Of a stretch of 64,000 nucleotides of DNA, positions 1 through 13,135 are shown piece by piece. A program made the position numbers and the translations under genes. The notes under the pieces were generated by a model. The model saw only the letters and a list, made by a program, of their open reading frames with translations, searched no databases and was not told the DNA's origin. The stretch comes from Ranitomeya imitator (taxonomy: Eukaryota), in NCBI RefSeq assembly GCF_032444005.1, contig NC_091289.1, positions 34,472,001-34,536,000 of the forward strand. The letters are read 5' to 3'. How positions within the stretch are numbered: position 1 is the first letter of the stretch; each line of letters starts with the position of its first letter.

Positions 1-1345
1 ACTTGTCTGTCTCCTGATTTCCCATCTCACGAGGATGATGTCACATTAAAGAGTCTCACACTCCTTTACAAGATTCCCTCAAGACCTAATCTGTGTCTTA
101 CATTATAGCATGTAGCTATGGCTGAGAAAACGATAATCAATAAATCTTCGCTCCTTTGTCATTCATTTTCCCAGTGTGAGTCACGTAGTTATCACATGTG
201 AAATAACGCAAATCCCGGATTTCATTTCGGTACGCTGACAACTATTTTTTTTTTCCTTTAGAGGGGAAGAGATTCAGGGGGTAAGGTGGTTTAATGGTCA
301 GCTAAAAAATTAATTAAAGGGAATCTATCACCAAGTTTTTGCTATTCCATCTGAAAGCAGCACGACGTAAGGAGGTGGAGGTGACGCCCATGTTTCCTCT
401 TGAAGACATGTATGTTGTTACAATGTATTTGGATGTGTAATGTGTTTAATGATGTGCGTTATTAGCAGAAGAGTTGTGTTCTGATCAGCCACAGATAGCT
501 GATAGGGACTGGTAGACTTAATGATTGGGACTAGCCCAGAGTGGGAGGGGCTGAAGTGAAGGGACAGAGGGATTTTCCTATCAGGATGGTTGACAGTGCT
601 TAGCTTACGGCGAGAGAAGACCTTTGGTCTGATTAGTCGGCAGAGAAGCATGTATTGGGTGCCAGTAAAGTGAGCAGAGACTGAGATAACCGATAACATA
701 ACCAAGTGTGGAGACAAGGAAAAGTATTAAAAGATGTGGAGCATTTTCGGTGAATAAAACTCATTTTATTAAAAATGTACTGTAGACAAATGACCCATGT
801 AATATGTATCATAAAAAGCAGCAAAAACTACTGCAAAACACGCACCAAAACCTGCTTTTTGTAATCAGCTTCTTTACTGTCAAGAAAGAAGGTTTTGCCT
901 GCAGAAAAATATGCATCAAAAACGCGATGTGTGAACAAAACCATAAGTAGTATAACATAAGTATTTCATTCAGTCATTTCTTATCAGTCGGTCAAGAAAC
1001 TGCACCAAAAGATGTCTCTTTGGCATCAATGCGATGTCGCAAACATTGATCTTACGTTATTTCATAGTAAAGAAATTCCGCCACAAAATTAATCATATGG
1101 CATATACAGTATGGGAAAAGGCTGGATATTAGACATATTGTGCAGGAGCAGCAGGAGCACCGATGACGCTGACTGTGAATGTGTAGTAAGTTAGTATTTA
1201 AGTGCCGTACAGGAAGGAGAAATAGTCTACGGGAGAAGAGATAGTCTACAGAAATACTGTGATTCAAGTAACGCCTGCGTACTGATGATAGCTACATTCA
1301 GTGTATTGCTGAATCAACAATCATATCCCCTCCAGGAAATGCAGA

Positions 1346-1512
1346 CGAACAAAGGCTGCCATGAGAGGTGGTGAGTTCTCCTTCAATGGAAGTCTTCAAA
1401 CAGAGGCTGGACAGACATCTGCCTGAGAAGGTTTAGTGAATCCTGCATTCAGCAGGGGGTTGGACACGATGACCCCGGAGGTCCCTTCCAGCTCTAACAT
1501 TTTATGATTCTA
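1346..1512 (+). mobile_element. CR1 LINE 3' end fragment
   Basis: Encodes LP-EVVSSPSMEVFKQRLDRHL-like RT C-terminus, then the CR1 3' UTR ending in ATGATTCTAT. Confidence 0.8.
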
Positions 1513-1864
1513 TAAAGTCATGAGAATGAAATTGGGAAAAATAATAATAATAATAATTGCACAGATATTTGCTGTCCCAGCTCTCTGAAGATTCAAAGAA
1601 TATCTACTAGCTATAAGTTCTCATTTTTTTACTAAATCCAGATGAACATTCAAACCCCTTGACCACCAGAAATTGGTTGAAACGCGTAATTTATTATTTA
1701 TTTCTATAGACATTTGCCAAAATGAGTATGTGTGAAGGAAAATTTTTATCTCCTCTGTATAGATGACCAAATGTCCCAAAATTCATTTGGGGAAGATGGG
1801 CTGCGACAGATAAGATTTGAGATAAGACTCAGTCTGAAAAAAAATTGCACCAAATCGAAAGAGC

Positions 1865-2120
1865 CCCAATTGCCGTGAACATGAAACTAAAAGGGAGAAG
1901 ATACAGATTAGATATTAGAAAAATCTTTTTGACTGTGAGGGTGATCAATGAGTGGAACAGGCTGCCACGAGAGGGGGTGAGTTCTCCTTCAATGGAAGTC
2001 TTCAAACAGAAACTAGAGAGACATCTGTCTGAGACGGTTTAGTAAATCCTGCATTGAGCAGGGGGTTGAACATGATGACCCTAAAGGTCAATTCCAACTC
2101 TAATATTCTGGGATTCTGTG
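1865..2120 (+). mobile_element. CR1 LINE 3' end fragment (second copy)
   Basis: KLKGRRYRLDIRKIFLTVRVINEWNRLPREGVSSPSMEVFKQKLERHL, with the same 3' UTR as 1346-1512. Confidence 0.85.
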
Positions 2121-2125
2121 GAGGC

Positions 2126-2734
2126 TAGAGATGGGCAAACCCTCCGATGATTGGGATCGACGGGTTCACCCGAGTTTTTTTTGTAATGTTCGAGCTCTGG
2201 GCCGGAGATGAGGCAAAATTGTGTCTAAATCCCAAACTTGGACTTTACAAATATGGGATGGGGCGGGGGTCTGTAAACAAAGCATAAAATTAATAATAAA
2301 CATTATAACTATACTTACCAATCCAGCGACGCGTCCTCCCGTCTTGCTGTCTCCCGGCCACATTATCTTCCGGGTTATTCACAGTTCATGGCTCGGAACC
2401 CTAGCGTCACCGCACGAAGACTGCCGGAAAAAGCTGAAGACTGCCGGAAAAAGCTGAAGACTGCCGAGTGCGGTGAATACCGCAGGAAAATAATGAGTGG
2501 CCCCCGGAAGCAGATGCGGCCGGGAGACAGCGGGATGGGAGGACGCATCGCTGGACAGGTTAGTATAATTATAATGTTTATTATTAATTTTATGCTTTTA
2601 CAGGCCCTGGACCCGAACTGGACCCGAACTGTAACACGGGTTTCCCATGGAAACCCGAGTTCGAGACCTTGTGACCGAACACGATGTGTTCCGTACGGGT
2701 CCAGAACTTTACAGTTCGGGTTCGCCCATCCCTA
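2126..2734. mobile_element. hAT-type MITE
   Basis: Termini TAGAGATGGGC...GCCCATCCCTA are inverted. Flanking 8-mers (gtggaggc/atgaagat) are only a degenerate match. Confidence 0.6.
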
Positions 2735-3773
2735 ATGAAGATGTTTATTATAATACAGATCCCCAAAGTATAAAAAATGGAAAGACGGGGGATAGAATAA
2801 AAACCCTGACTCCTTAAGTGACCTTTCCCTTGGCTTGAGTATTATTATTCCAGTAGAGGCCCAGCGGTGATGATGTATGGAATCAGATGAGGTTCTAGCG
2901 TAGGTGAGTACAATTTTTTTTTATTCGGCTCTCTAATATTTTCATAGTTTCCTTCAAATCAAATTCCGAAAATTTCAGATTCTATAGAATTCTTAATTCT
3001 TGGAAAATTCATAATGAATTTAATTAATTAATTACAAATCAATTTGCCCATTTCTTCTCCTCTGCCAATAAATCCTCCCCACCCTTCACTCTTGACCCTT
3101 GACCCGAGTTGTCGCTGTCACTTACCCAACTCAGAATTTGATACAAGGAGGTAAAGAACGATACCAATATTTATTTTACCCGAGCAGTTTTAATTTAGGG
3201 GCTATGCTCTTAATTTTGTTTTCATCCATGTAGTATTATCTGGGAAGAAAGAGCTTCCCAATAAGATATAGTAACCCTTTAATTACGTTTTATTTGAACG
3301 TCTCAGTACAATTTTGTTTTTAGCAATAATTTAATCAGCCTTGGATTCTGTGTGTGCCATTTCTAACAGCGTTCTAATGTACATATTAACAGCATTGCAG
3401 ATGGTGCATAATGTGGTTTCAATTTTCATTCTCCTCTTAATAATAAATTCCAAATCAAGTGTGAAAATCTCTGAAAGAGCTAATTGATTTAAAAGCAGCG
3501 GTTCACTTCTCCAGCGAGCGCAGAGGCAAATCAACGCTACGGAGTGCATCTGCAAGGAGAGAAATTCAATTGGAAGCGAAAGAAAAGAGCAGTGGTATTT
3601 AAAAAGCAGTAATGAACAATATTTTACTAAATATAGAAATAAATATAGAGCACAAGGAGCACCTACCTGAAAATCCTGCCAAGGTAGATCTTATGCTTAG
3701 ATACAATTGTGCAGATAAGCATTTGCTTATCCATCCTTAGATATTTATTCAACTATTTAAAATATTCTACTAC

Positions 3774-4050
3774 TAGTGTTGAGCATTCCGATACTGCAAG
3801 TATCGGGTATTGGCCGATATTTGCTGTATCGGAATTCCGATACCGAGTTCCGATATTTTTGTGATATCAGAAATCGGAATCGGAATGTGCGGTGCGTATG
3901 GTTCCAAGGGTCTGGAGGAGAGGAAACTCTCCTTCAGGCCCTGGGATCCATATTAATGTAAAAAATAAAGAATAAAAATAAAAAATATGGCTATACTCAC
4001 CCCTCCCAAGGACCCTGGCAGTCACCGCTGCAAGCGTCCGCCTCCGTTCC
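3774..4050. mobile_element. Left end of a hAT-type non-autonomous element, truncated
   Basis: Starts TAGTGTTGAGC, with CCGATAC/ATCGG subterminal repeats. It abuts the truncated Gypsy LTR. Confidence 0.6.
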
Positions 4051-4167
4051 GAGACGGCGGCAGACCCAGCAGCTGGAGGAACAGGAGCGCGCCGGAGCAG
4101 GTAAGTATGAGCTGGAGCGGCGGTTGACCCGGCAGCAGATACGGTGAGAGGAGAGGCGGCCGTGACA
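4051..4167 (-). repeat. Gypsy 3' LTR remnant (first ~117 bp only), preceded by polypurine tract
   Basis: The PPT AGAAAAGGGGGAGTAAGAGGAGGAG lies immediately before TGTCACGG. About 90% identical by eye to the 5' LTR start. Confidence 0.85.
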
Positions 4168-4169
4168 GT

Positions 4170-7100
4170 ACTCCTCCTCTTACTCCCCCTTTTCTAAGAC
4201 CAGACAGAAACCTGGATAAAATCTGAGGAGCTTGTATGTTCTCACGGGGCTCCCAAGACCTCTCCTCAGGACCAAAACCCTTCCAATCAACGAAAAAGAG
4301 AGTTTTACCTCTTGAATTTTTCATGGCAAGAATGTCTTTAACCTCAAAAACATCTGGATCAGAGACAGGTAAAAGAGTTTGAGCAGGAGAAACATGGAAC
4401 TGATTGAAGACAACTGGTTTCAAAAGAGGAACATGAAAAGAGTTAGGTATGCGAAGAGAAGCTGTCAATTTCAGCTTGTAGGCAACATCATTGATACGAG
4501 ACACAACCTTGAAAGGGCCTATGTACCGTGGACCCAATTTATACGAGAGAATCTTTAGACGAATAAAACTGGAGAAGAATCCAGACGTCGTTTATCGCCA
4601 TATCTCTTTATCCTGGCCTGAGCCTGTTCCAGGGCGATTTTGGTCTCCTGCCAGACCCTGGAGAACTCCTCGGACAGAAGATCAGCCGCTGGTACACCCG
4701 AGACAGGGAGTACCGGCAGAGGGATACCAGGATGTTGCCCACAGACGATGAAGAATGAAGACTTGGAAGAAGACTCATTGATGTGGTTATTGTAAGCCAA
4801 CTCAGCCCACGGAAGTAAATCAGACCCAGTTATCTTGATGAGCGTTGGAAAAATGATGAAGATAAGTCATCAGTATTTGGTTTGTGCGCTCTGCTTGTCC
4901 GTTGGTCTGTGGATGAAAAGCTGTAGAAAAATCCAGGGTAACATTCATTAGGTTACATAGAGCCCGCCAGAAATGAGAAGTGAACTGAACTCTTCTATCA
5001 GAGACTATGTGCAATGGAAAGCCATGAATCCGGAAGACATGAGAAATGAAGATTCTCGCCAATTCAGGAGCGGAGGACAATCCTGGCAAAGGGATGAAGT
5101 GAGCCATTTTGGAGTATCGATCCACAACAACAAAAATGACTGTATGACCAGAAGACTTAGGCAGATCAGTAATAAAGTCCATAGCGATATGTTGCCACGG
5201 GGCTGAAGGAACTGGAAGTGAATGTAGGAGACCAGAGGGCAGATGTCTGGGAACCTTGTTCCTAGCGCAAGACGGACACGAAGAGACAAAACCTCGAACA
5301 TCCGAAAGAAGGGATGGCCACCAATAGTGGCGCGAGATGAGAGCGAGCGTTTTCTTGCACCCGACATGGCCTGCCAGTCATGAGGCATGGCCCCAACATA
5401 GGACTCGAGACCTCTCGTTCACCCAGACAAGGGTTTTACCTGATGGTAAGGAAGACAAGCTGACCGGAGCCACTAGAATAATTTTGCTGGGGTCCACGAT
5501 GTGTGCTGGTTCTTCTACAACATCAGATGCAAGAAATGACCTGGACAAAGCATCAGCTTTAAAGTTCTTGTTCAGGATGGAAATGTAGTTCAAAGTCAAA
5601 ACGGGCAAAGAATAATGACAATCTGGCTTGTCAGGGATTCAATCTTTGCACAGAGTGGATATATTCCAGGTTCTTGTGGTCTGTAAAGATCTTGAAAGGG
5701 TGAACAGCTCCCTCTAACAGATAATTCCATTCCTCCAGCGCCAATTTTATGGCCAATAGTTCCTTGTCACCAATGGCGTAGTTCCTCTCCGAGGCGGAGA
5801 AGATTTTGGAAAAGAAACCACAAGTAGCCAGTCGTCCGGAAGAAGATCTCTGGGAGCGTACTGCACTAGCTCCAATGGCAGAAGCATCTACCTCAAGAAT
5901 AAAGTGTTTGTTGATCTCAGGCCGATGGAGTACAGGAGCCGAGGCAAATGCTTGCTTCAGAGACCGAAAAGCATCTTCAGCTTCGGAAGACCAGATGTGA
6001 GGATTGGACCCCTTGCGAGTCAAAGCAGAAATTAAGGCGACCAGAGAGGAGAAATGTGGAATAAACTGCCGGTAGTAATTGGCGAACCCAAGGAAATGTT
6101 GAATTGCTTTCACTCCCTGAAGAAGTGGCCAGTTAAGCACAGCAGACACTTTCTCCGGGTCCATTTGCAAGCTAGAGTCAGAAATGATATAGCCAAGAAA
6201 CAGTAGCGAAGACTGCTCAAAAACACATTTCTCCAGTTTGGCGTAAAGATGATTCTCTCTAAGACGGGAGAGCACTTGACAGACATCTCTTCTGTGAGAA
6301 GCAAGATCAGAGGAGAACACCAGAATGTCATCTAAGTACACCACCACACAGGAGTAGAGTAGATCTCAGAAAACATCATTCACAAACTCCTGGAACACTG
6401 CTGGAGCATTACACAAGCTGAAAGGCATGACTAAATACTCATAGTGACCATCCCAGGTGTTAAAAGCAGTTTTCCTTTCGTCTCCTGAACGAATACGGAT
6501 TAAGTTGTAAGCTCCGTGAAGATCCAATTTCGTGAAAATTCGGCTCCCCTCAGGCGATCAAACAACTCAGGTATGAGTGGTAACGGGTACTTGTTCTTGT
6601 TTGTAAGATTGTTGAGGCCACGGTAGTCTATACAAGGACGAAGAGTCCTATCCTTCTTAACTAAGAAAAATCCCGCACCTGCAGGGGAGGAGGATTTGCG
6701 AATAAAACCTTTGGTTAAATTCTCCTGGACGTATTCAGTCATGGCTTGAGTCTCGGTTGGAGACAACGGGTAGATTCGACCTCAGGGAGGAGTAGAGCCC
6801 GGAACTAGATCAATTGGGCAGTCGTAGGGTCGATGCGAAGGTAAAGTCTCAGCCTCTTTCTTATCAAAGACATCCAGGAAAGACAAATACGAGGAAGGTA
6901 AATTGGAAGTCCCCGAGATAGGACGAGAAGATTCTCTTGGCAACACAGGAAGCAAACAGTTACTCTGGCAGAAGAGTCGCCAACGCAGGATTTCACCAGA
7001 CCGCCAGTCAATGCAATGCTTGTGACTCCTCAACCAAGGAAGTCCAAGAAGAAATGTGTGGGATAAAGAAGGCAGCACATAGAAGACGATCTTCTCACGG

Positions 7101-7390
7101 TGCAGGATTCCAATTTGGAGTTCCAATTCTTTGGTAACCAACGTAACGGACTCCCACAAAGGTTGGCCATCGACTGACGCAATCTGTCGAGGAGTCTCCA
7201 GGGATCTGACTGGAATTCGCAATCTCCTAACTGCCTCGAGTTGAATAAAGTTCCAGGCTGTCCCGGAATCTATATAAGCAGAGTCAGAGAAACGTTTATT
7301 ACCCAGATGTAAAAGAACAGAAAGAGTGAGGGGAGTGAGGGGTTGAGAGGGTTCTGGGATACCTAGGGAGAACTCTCTTACCTGTCCTAG
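4170..7390 (-). pseudogene. Gypsy pol (protease, RT, RNase H, integrase, chromodomain), fragmented
   Basis: Motifs [34 protein letters not shown]...KELLAI, MDFITDLP, HPQTNGQAER and FVDWKGFGPEERSWEP, spread over several frames. Confidence 0.95.
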
Positions 7391-7880
7391 GTGGAGGCGT
7401 TTCCCGGCCTCAAAGGACAGGAACGCAAGAGATGAGACACACTGCCACAATAGAAACAGAGACCTTGAGCAAGCCTCTCTTTCCGACGCTGCTCCACAGG
7501 TTTAAGATGGTCCACCTGCATGGGTTCCGGGGCAGAAGTCGACTCAGACCGAGAACGGGAATAATTAGAAGTAACCGGAGGGAGTCGAGGAAATCTCTCT
7601 CTAGCGGATTCTCGAGAACGTTCCTGGAAACATAAATCAATGCGGGTTGCCAAAGCAATAAGATGTTCCAAGGACGTCAGAGTATCACGACCTGCCAACT
7701 CATCCTTGATTCGAGGAGAAAGCCCACGCCAGAAGGCTCCCACCAAAGCCTCGTTATTCCATCCTAATTTGGATGAAATGGTGCGAAACCGGATGGCGTA
7801 TTGGCCCACCGAAAGCGTACCTTGATGAAAGTTAAACAGAGACTCGGTGGTAGAGGCCAAACGACCCGGTTCATCAAATA
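7387..7880 (-). pseudogene. Gypsy gag, C-terminal part with CCHC zinc knuckle
   Basis: FDEPGR...QGTLSVGQYAIRFR...GLSPRIKDEL...PEPMQV...CFYCGSVSHLLRSC. It rejoins the N-terminal part in frame as FRKV|FDEPGR. Confidence 0.92.
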
Positions 7881-9769
7881 CAGGGTGGAGCGCGGTAATT
7901 TGCTTTTTTGCACTGCATGCTGTGGCGGCACTGTCGGTCGAAGAGAGGGGAGAGTGGGTGTGGCTTACAGTGGCTGATGGGAGATTTGTATTCCTCTGCC
8001 TTTCAGTTGCCATCATGCAGTGGACACGTGAGGAAAGGTCATTTTGTGTTGAAGCGTATTTTTCAAATGCCCACTCGATCATTGCAGTGCAGCGTGCTTT
8101 TCGTTTACAATTCGCTGTTCCTCCACGCGGACGTGTTCCTGGACGGCAATCAATTGTAAATTGGGTGAATGCATTCAGAACAGCAGGGAATGTGTCATGT
8201 GTACGAAGGGGACCTGAGAGAAGGATTACAACACCACAAAACATCGAGAGAGAGAGTTAGAGCAGCAGTACTGCAATCTCCGAAACGCTCTTGGCATTTC
8301 AAGACGTTCTCTCCACCGGATTCTTCATGATGAACTGAATTTTCACGCGTATAAAATGTGCGTGGTCCAACATTTGTCAGCATGGGACTATTTGACACGA
8401 CCGTCCCAACACCTTGGAAGACCTAAGGAACAATATTGAAGCTGAAATTGGCAGAATACCAGTGGACATGCTTGTTAGAGTTCATGAAAACTTCAGAAAA
8501 CGTATGCAGCAGTGTGTGGATAGCGAAGGTCGACATTTGCCAGATACACTATTTAAAACCATGTAATTTAAAAATTCCATTACTGTTCAGTAGAGTTGAG
8601 CGACCTTGACCTTTTTAGAGTCGAGCCGGGTTTTGCGAAACCCGACTATGTCCAAAGTCGGGTCGAGTGAAATCGGCCGATTATGACGTAAAGTCGGGAT
8701 CGACCGAAACACGAAACCCAATGCAAGTCAATGGGGCAGCATAGTCGGCAGTGAGTGGGGGCCAGGAAAACACCTAGAGTGCCCATTTTAATGTCAAAAC
8801 CATCCATTCTTCTTAATGAAGCTTGTCAAGCGTAATTTACCTTAAAATAATTGGAAGGCATTTGAAATTGGGGGTCATTTGGCTAAAGTTGTGGGGGGTA
8901 GGGCTGGTTCAAGTAATTAGTGGGCCCAGTAAATCTGGACCACGTCACGGCAGTGGAGCAGGGAGAGGTAAGTATTTCAACTTTGCAAGTGCTGTGATCC
9001 TGAGCAAGCAGGGGGGGCCCACTCGTTGGCATTGGCACTGGCACAGGGCCCCTCAAAGTACAGCGGTGTGTTTGCACGGCGGGGGCGCCTCCCACCGGCA
9101 GCAACACTTTTGCGTACTATGAGAGGCCCTGTGCCAGTGACGTCGCCAACTAGTATTCCTCCCCCCACCTGATGAAGGAACCTGCACTTTCATCTGCACC
9201 TTCCTCTTTGTCCCCGTGTAAGGTGGTATGGTATGCGGGACGAGCAACCTGACTTTCAGCAGGGTCACAATGTTGTTGTGTAGCGTGCACGGGGAATGTT
9301 GCGTTATGGGTCAATGTACCAGCAGACTCATCTATCACTGGCTGGGCAATGGGCACGATGAAGTGGAAACACAGATATAGGCCCAAAGAAGAAAGTGGGC
9401 TAAATGCAGTTCAAAATTGGTAACACAGGAATAACCAGGGGGCATTGCAGTGGAGGACAACTGGAATGAGAGGCTGACACAGAGAGTAGGGCCAAATCAG
9501 TAAGTAGTCGAAATGCAGTTCAAAATTGGCAACCGTAGTAAACAGGCGGCACAGCTTTGTTCAGTGGAGGAGAACAGCAAGGAGTGGCAGACACCGATAG
9601 TAGGCCCCAACCCAACTAGTAGGCCAAATGCAGTCTAACATTAACAACTACTTAACGAGAGGCTGAAAATGGAATTTCAGGACAGGAAACCAGGAGAACA
9701 GCAAGGAGTGGCAGACACCGATAGTAGGCCCCAAACCAACTAGTACGCCAAATGCAGTTGTTCCATTTA

Positions 9770-10750
9770 ACCACAATTTAATGAGAGCCTGAAGATAGAA
9801 GCTCAGGAAAGGCAACCTGGGGAACACCTTGGAGTGTAACACACCATCTCTCTCCACCCCATACCCATTTTGTAGGCCTAATGCTGTGTACTTTTCTACA
9901 ACTACTAAACGAGAGTCGGAAGACCGAAGCAATGGCAAGGAAACCTGGGGAACACCTTGGAGTGTAACACACCATCTCTCTCCACCCCATACCCAATTTG
10001 TAGGCCTAATGCAGCCTACTTTCCGACACCTGCTAAACGAGAGCATGAAGATCGAAGCTCAGGAAAGGCAACCTGGGGAACACCTTGGAGTGTAACACAC
10101 CATCTCTCTCCACCCCATACCCATTTTTTAGGCCTAATGCAGTGTACTTTTCTACAACTACTAAACGAGAGTCGGAAGACCGAAGCAATGGCAAGGAAAC
10201 CTGGGGAACACCTTGGAGTGTAACACACCATCTCTCTCCACCCCATTCCCCATTTTTTAGGCCTAATGCAGCCTACTTTCCGACACCTACTAAACGAGAG
10301 CATGAAGATCGAAGCTCAGGAAAGGCAACCTGGGGAACACCTTGGAGTGTAACACACCATCTCTCTCCACCCCATACCCATTTTGTAGGCCTAATGCTGT
10401 GTACTTTTCTACAACTACTAAACGAGAGTCGGAAGACCGAAGCAATGGCAAGGAAACCTGGGGAACACCTTGGAGTGTAACACACCATCTCTCTCCACCC
10501 CATACCCAATTTGTAGGCCTAATGCAGCCTACTTTCCGACACCTACTAAACGAGAGCATGAAGATCGAAGCTCAGGAAAGGCAACCTGGTGAAAACCTTG
10601 GAGTGTAACACAACCTGTCTCTACACCCCATACACAATTAGTAGGCCTAATGCAGCGTAGTTTCCAACAGCTACTAAACGAGAGCCGGAAGATCGAAGCT
10701 CAGGAAAGGCAACCTGGGGAACACCTTGGAGTGTAACACAACCTCTCTCT
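9770..10750. repeat. 128-bp tandem array inside hAT with alternating A/B monomers
   Basis: TTGGAGTGTAACAC recurs at 128-129-bp spacing (e.g. 9831, 9959, 10087, 10215, 10344, 10472, 10600, 10728). Confidence 0.92.
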
Positions 10751-11169
10751 ACACCACGGAAGGGCTGATTCTTAGGAAGGAAGGCTGTTGTAAATTGCGC
10801 GTCCGAGGGTGATTATATTCTTATTCGGTATCTACTCACCCTCGGACGCGCCATGCTTCTTGATTTGTAATTAATGTTTATTTGCAATGTGCTTTTGACT
10901 TACTCAATTATTTTTTTAATTATTGATTTTATTAAATTAATAGTTTAACATCTTATTGGAAATAATTTAAAGGAGACGCGACAGGACAACACTCGGTGGA
11001 TGCCATATCTGTGTTAACAACTCCAAAAAACTTTCAGTTAACTTCTTGCAGGAGAAAGAAATTGTAGCTGTTGGACCTTTGTAGTACAGTTCCAGATATT
11101 TGTTGTGTGTTTGTTTTGATTGTTAAAATGTCTGCATTTGAGATCTCAACACGATCTTATTTTTTATAA

Positions 11170-13135
11170 TCAAATTAATTTTTTAAATATTTTATTAGGT
11201 TGGTTCAAGGGGTACACGGGCCGCAGTAGACAGGTCAGTGGAGGCCTAGTGGAAGGAGGGACCACAGACAGGCATCGAAGGCCTAAAATAATAACACATG
11301 GCTGTAGGCAATTTTAAATTGGTTCCAGGGGTACACGGGCAGCAGTGCCCTGGTCAGTGTAGTAGTAGTTGAAAGAATGGACCGCAGACAGGCATCGAAG
11401 GCCTAAAATAAAAAAATTGGGCTGGCTGTAGGCAATTTTAAATTGGTTCCAGGGGTACACGGGCAGCAGTGGTGTGGTCAGTGGAGGCCTAGTGGAAGGA
11501 GTGACCGCAGACAGGCATCGAAGGCCTAAAATATTAACACATGGCTGTAGTCAATTTTAAATTGGTTCCAGGGGTACTTGGGCAGCAGTGCCCTGGTCAG
11601 TGTAGTAGTAGTTGAAAGAATGGACCGCAGACAGGCATCGAAGGCCTAAAATAAAAAAATTGGGCTGGCTGTAGGCAATTTTAAATTGGTTCCAGGGGTA
11701 CACGGGCAGCAGTGGTCTGGTCAGTGGAAGTCTAGTGGAAGGAGTGACCGCAGACAGGCTTCGAAGGCCTAACATAACAAACTTGGGCTGGCTGTAGGCA
11801 CTTTTAAATTGGTTCCAGGGGTACATGGGCAGCAGTGTATGGTCAGTGGAAGTCTAGTGGAAGGAGTGACCGCAGACAGGCTTCCAAGGCCTAACATAAC
11901 AAACTTGGGCTGGCTGTAGGCACTTTTAAATTGGTTCCAGGGGTACACGGGCAGCAGTGGTCTGGTCAGTGGAAGTCTAGTGGAAGGAGTGACCGCAGAC
12001 AGGCTTCCAAGGCCTAACATAACAAACTTGGGCTGGCTGTAGGCACTTTTAAATTGGTTCCAGGGGTACACGGGCAGCAGTGGTCTGGTCAGTGGAAGTC
12101 TAGTGGAAGGAGTGACCGCAGACAGGCTTCGAAGGCCTAACATAACAAACTTGGGCTGGCTGTAGGCACTTTTAAATTGGTTCCAGGGGTACATGGGCAG
12201 CAGTGTATGGTCAGTGGAAGTCTAGTGGAAGGAGTGACCGCAGACAGGCTTCCAAGGCCTAACATAACAAACTTGGGCTGGCTGTAGGCACTTTTAAATT
12301 GGTTCCAGGGGTACACGGGCAGCAGTGGTCTGGTCAGTGGAAGTCTAGTGGAAGGAGTGACCGCAGACAGGCTTCGAAGGCCTAACATAACAAACTTGGG
12401 CTGGCTGTAGGCACTTTTAAATTGGTTCCAGGGGTACACGGGCAGCAGTGGTCTGGTCAGTGGAAGTCTAGTGGAAGGAGTGACCGCAGACAGGCTTCGA
12501 AGGCCTAACATAACAAACTTGGGCTGGCTGTAGGCACTTTTAAATTGGTTCCAGGGGTACATGGGCAGCAGTGGTCTGGTCAGTGGAAGTCTAGTGGAAG
12601 GAGTGACCGCAGACAGGCTTCCAAGGCCTAACATAACAAACTTGGGCTGGCTGTAGGCACTTTTAAATTGGTTCCAGGGGTACACGGGCAGCAGTGGTCT
12701 GGTCAGTGGAAGTCTAGTGGAAGGAGTGACCGCAGACAGGCTTCGAAGGCCTAACATAACAAACTTGGGCTGGCTGTAGGCACTTTTAAATTGGTTCCAG
12801 GGGTACATGGGCAGCAGTGGTCTGGTCAGTGGAAGTCTAGTGGAAGGAGTGACCGCAGACAGGCTTCCAAGGCCTAACATAACAAAATTGGGCTGGCTGT
12901 AGGCACTTTAAATTGGTTCCAGGGGTACATGGGCAGCAGTGTATGGTCAGTGGAAGTCTAGTGGAAGGAGTGACGGCAGACAGTCTTCGAAGGCCTAACA
13001 TAACAAAATTGGGCTGACTGTAGGCACTTTTAAATTGGTTCCAGGGTAACACGGCCAGCAGTGGCCTGGTCAGTGTAGTAGTTGTAGAAAGAAGGGACCG
13101 CAGACAGGCTTCGAAGGCCTAACATAACAAAAATG
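11170..13135. repeat. 123-bp tandem array (~15-16 copies) inside hAT
   Basis: Unit TTTTAAATTGGTTCCAGGGGTACAC...GGCTGTAGGCAC. It produces the 41-aa periodic spurious ORFs. Confidence 0.93.

Noticed and set aside
1284-1315. CTGATGAT-stem-GCTGAAT as a hammerhead
   Set aside because: GAAU instead of GAAA, and no stem I/III partner.
9648-10608. Multiple 70-130-aa ORFs on both strands
   Set aside because: Translations of the 128-bp tandem array, with no domain signal.
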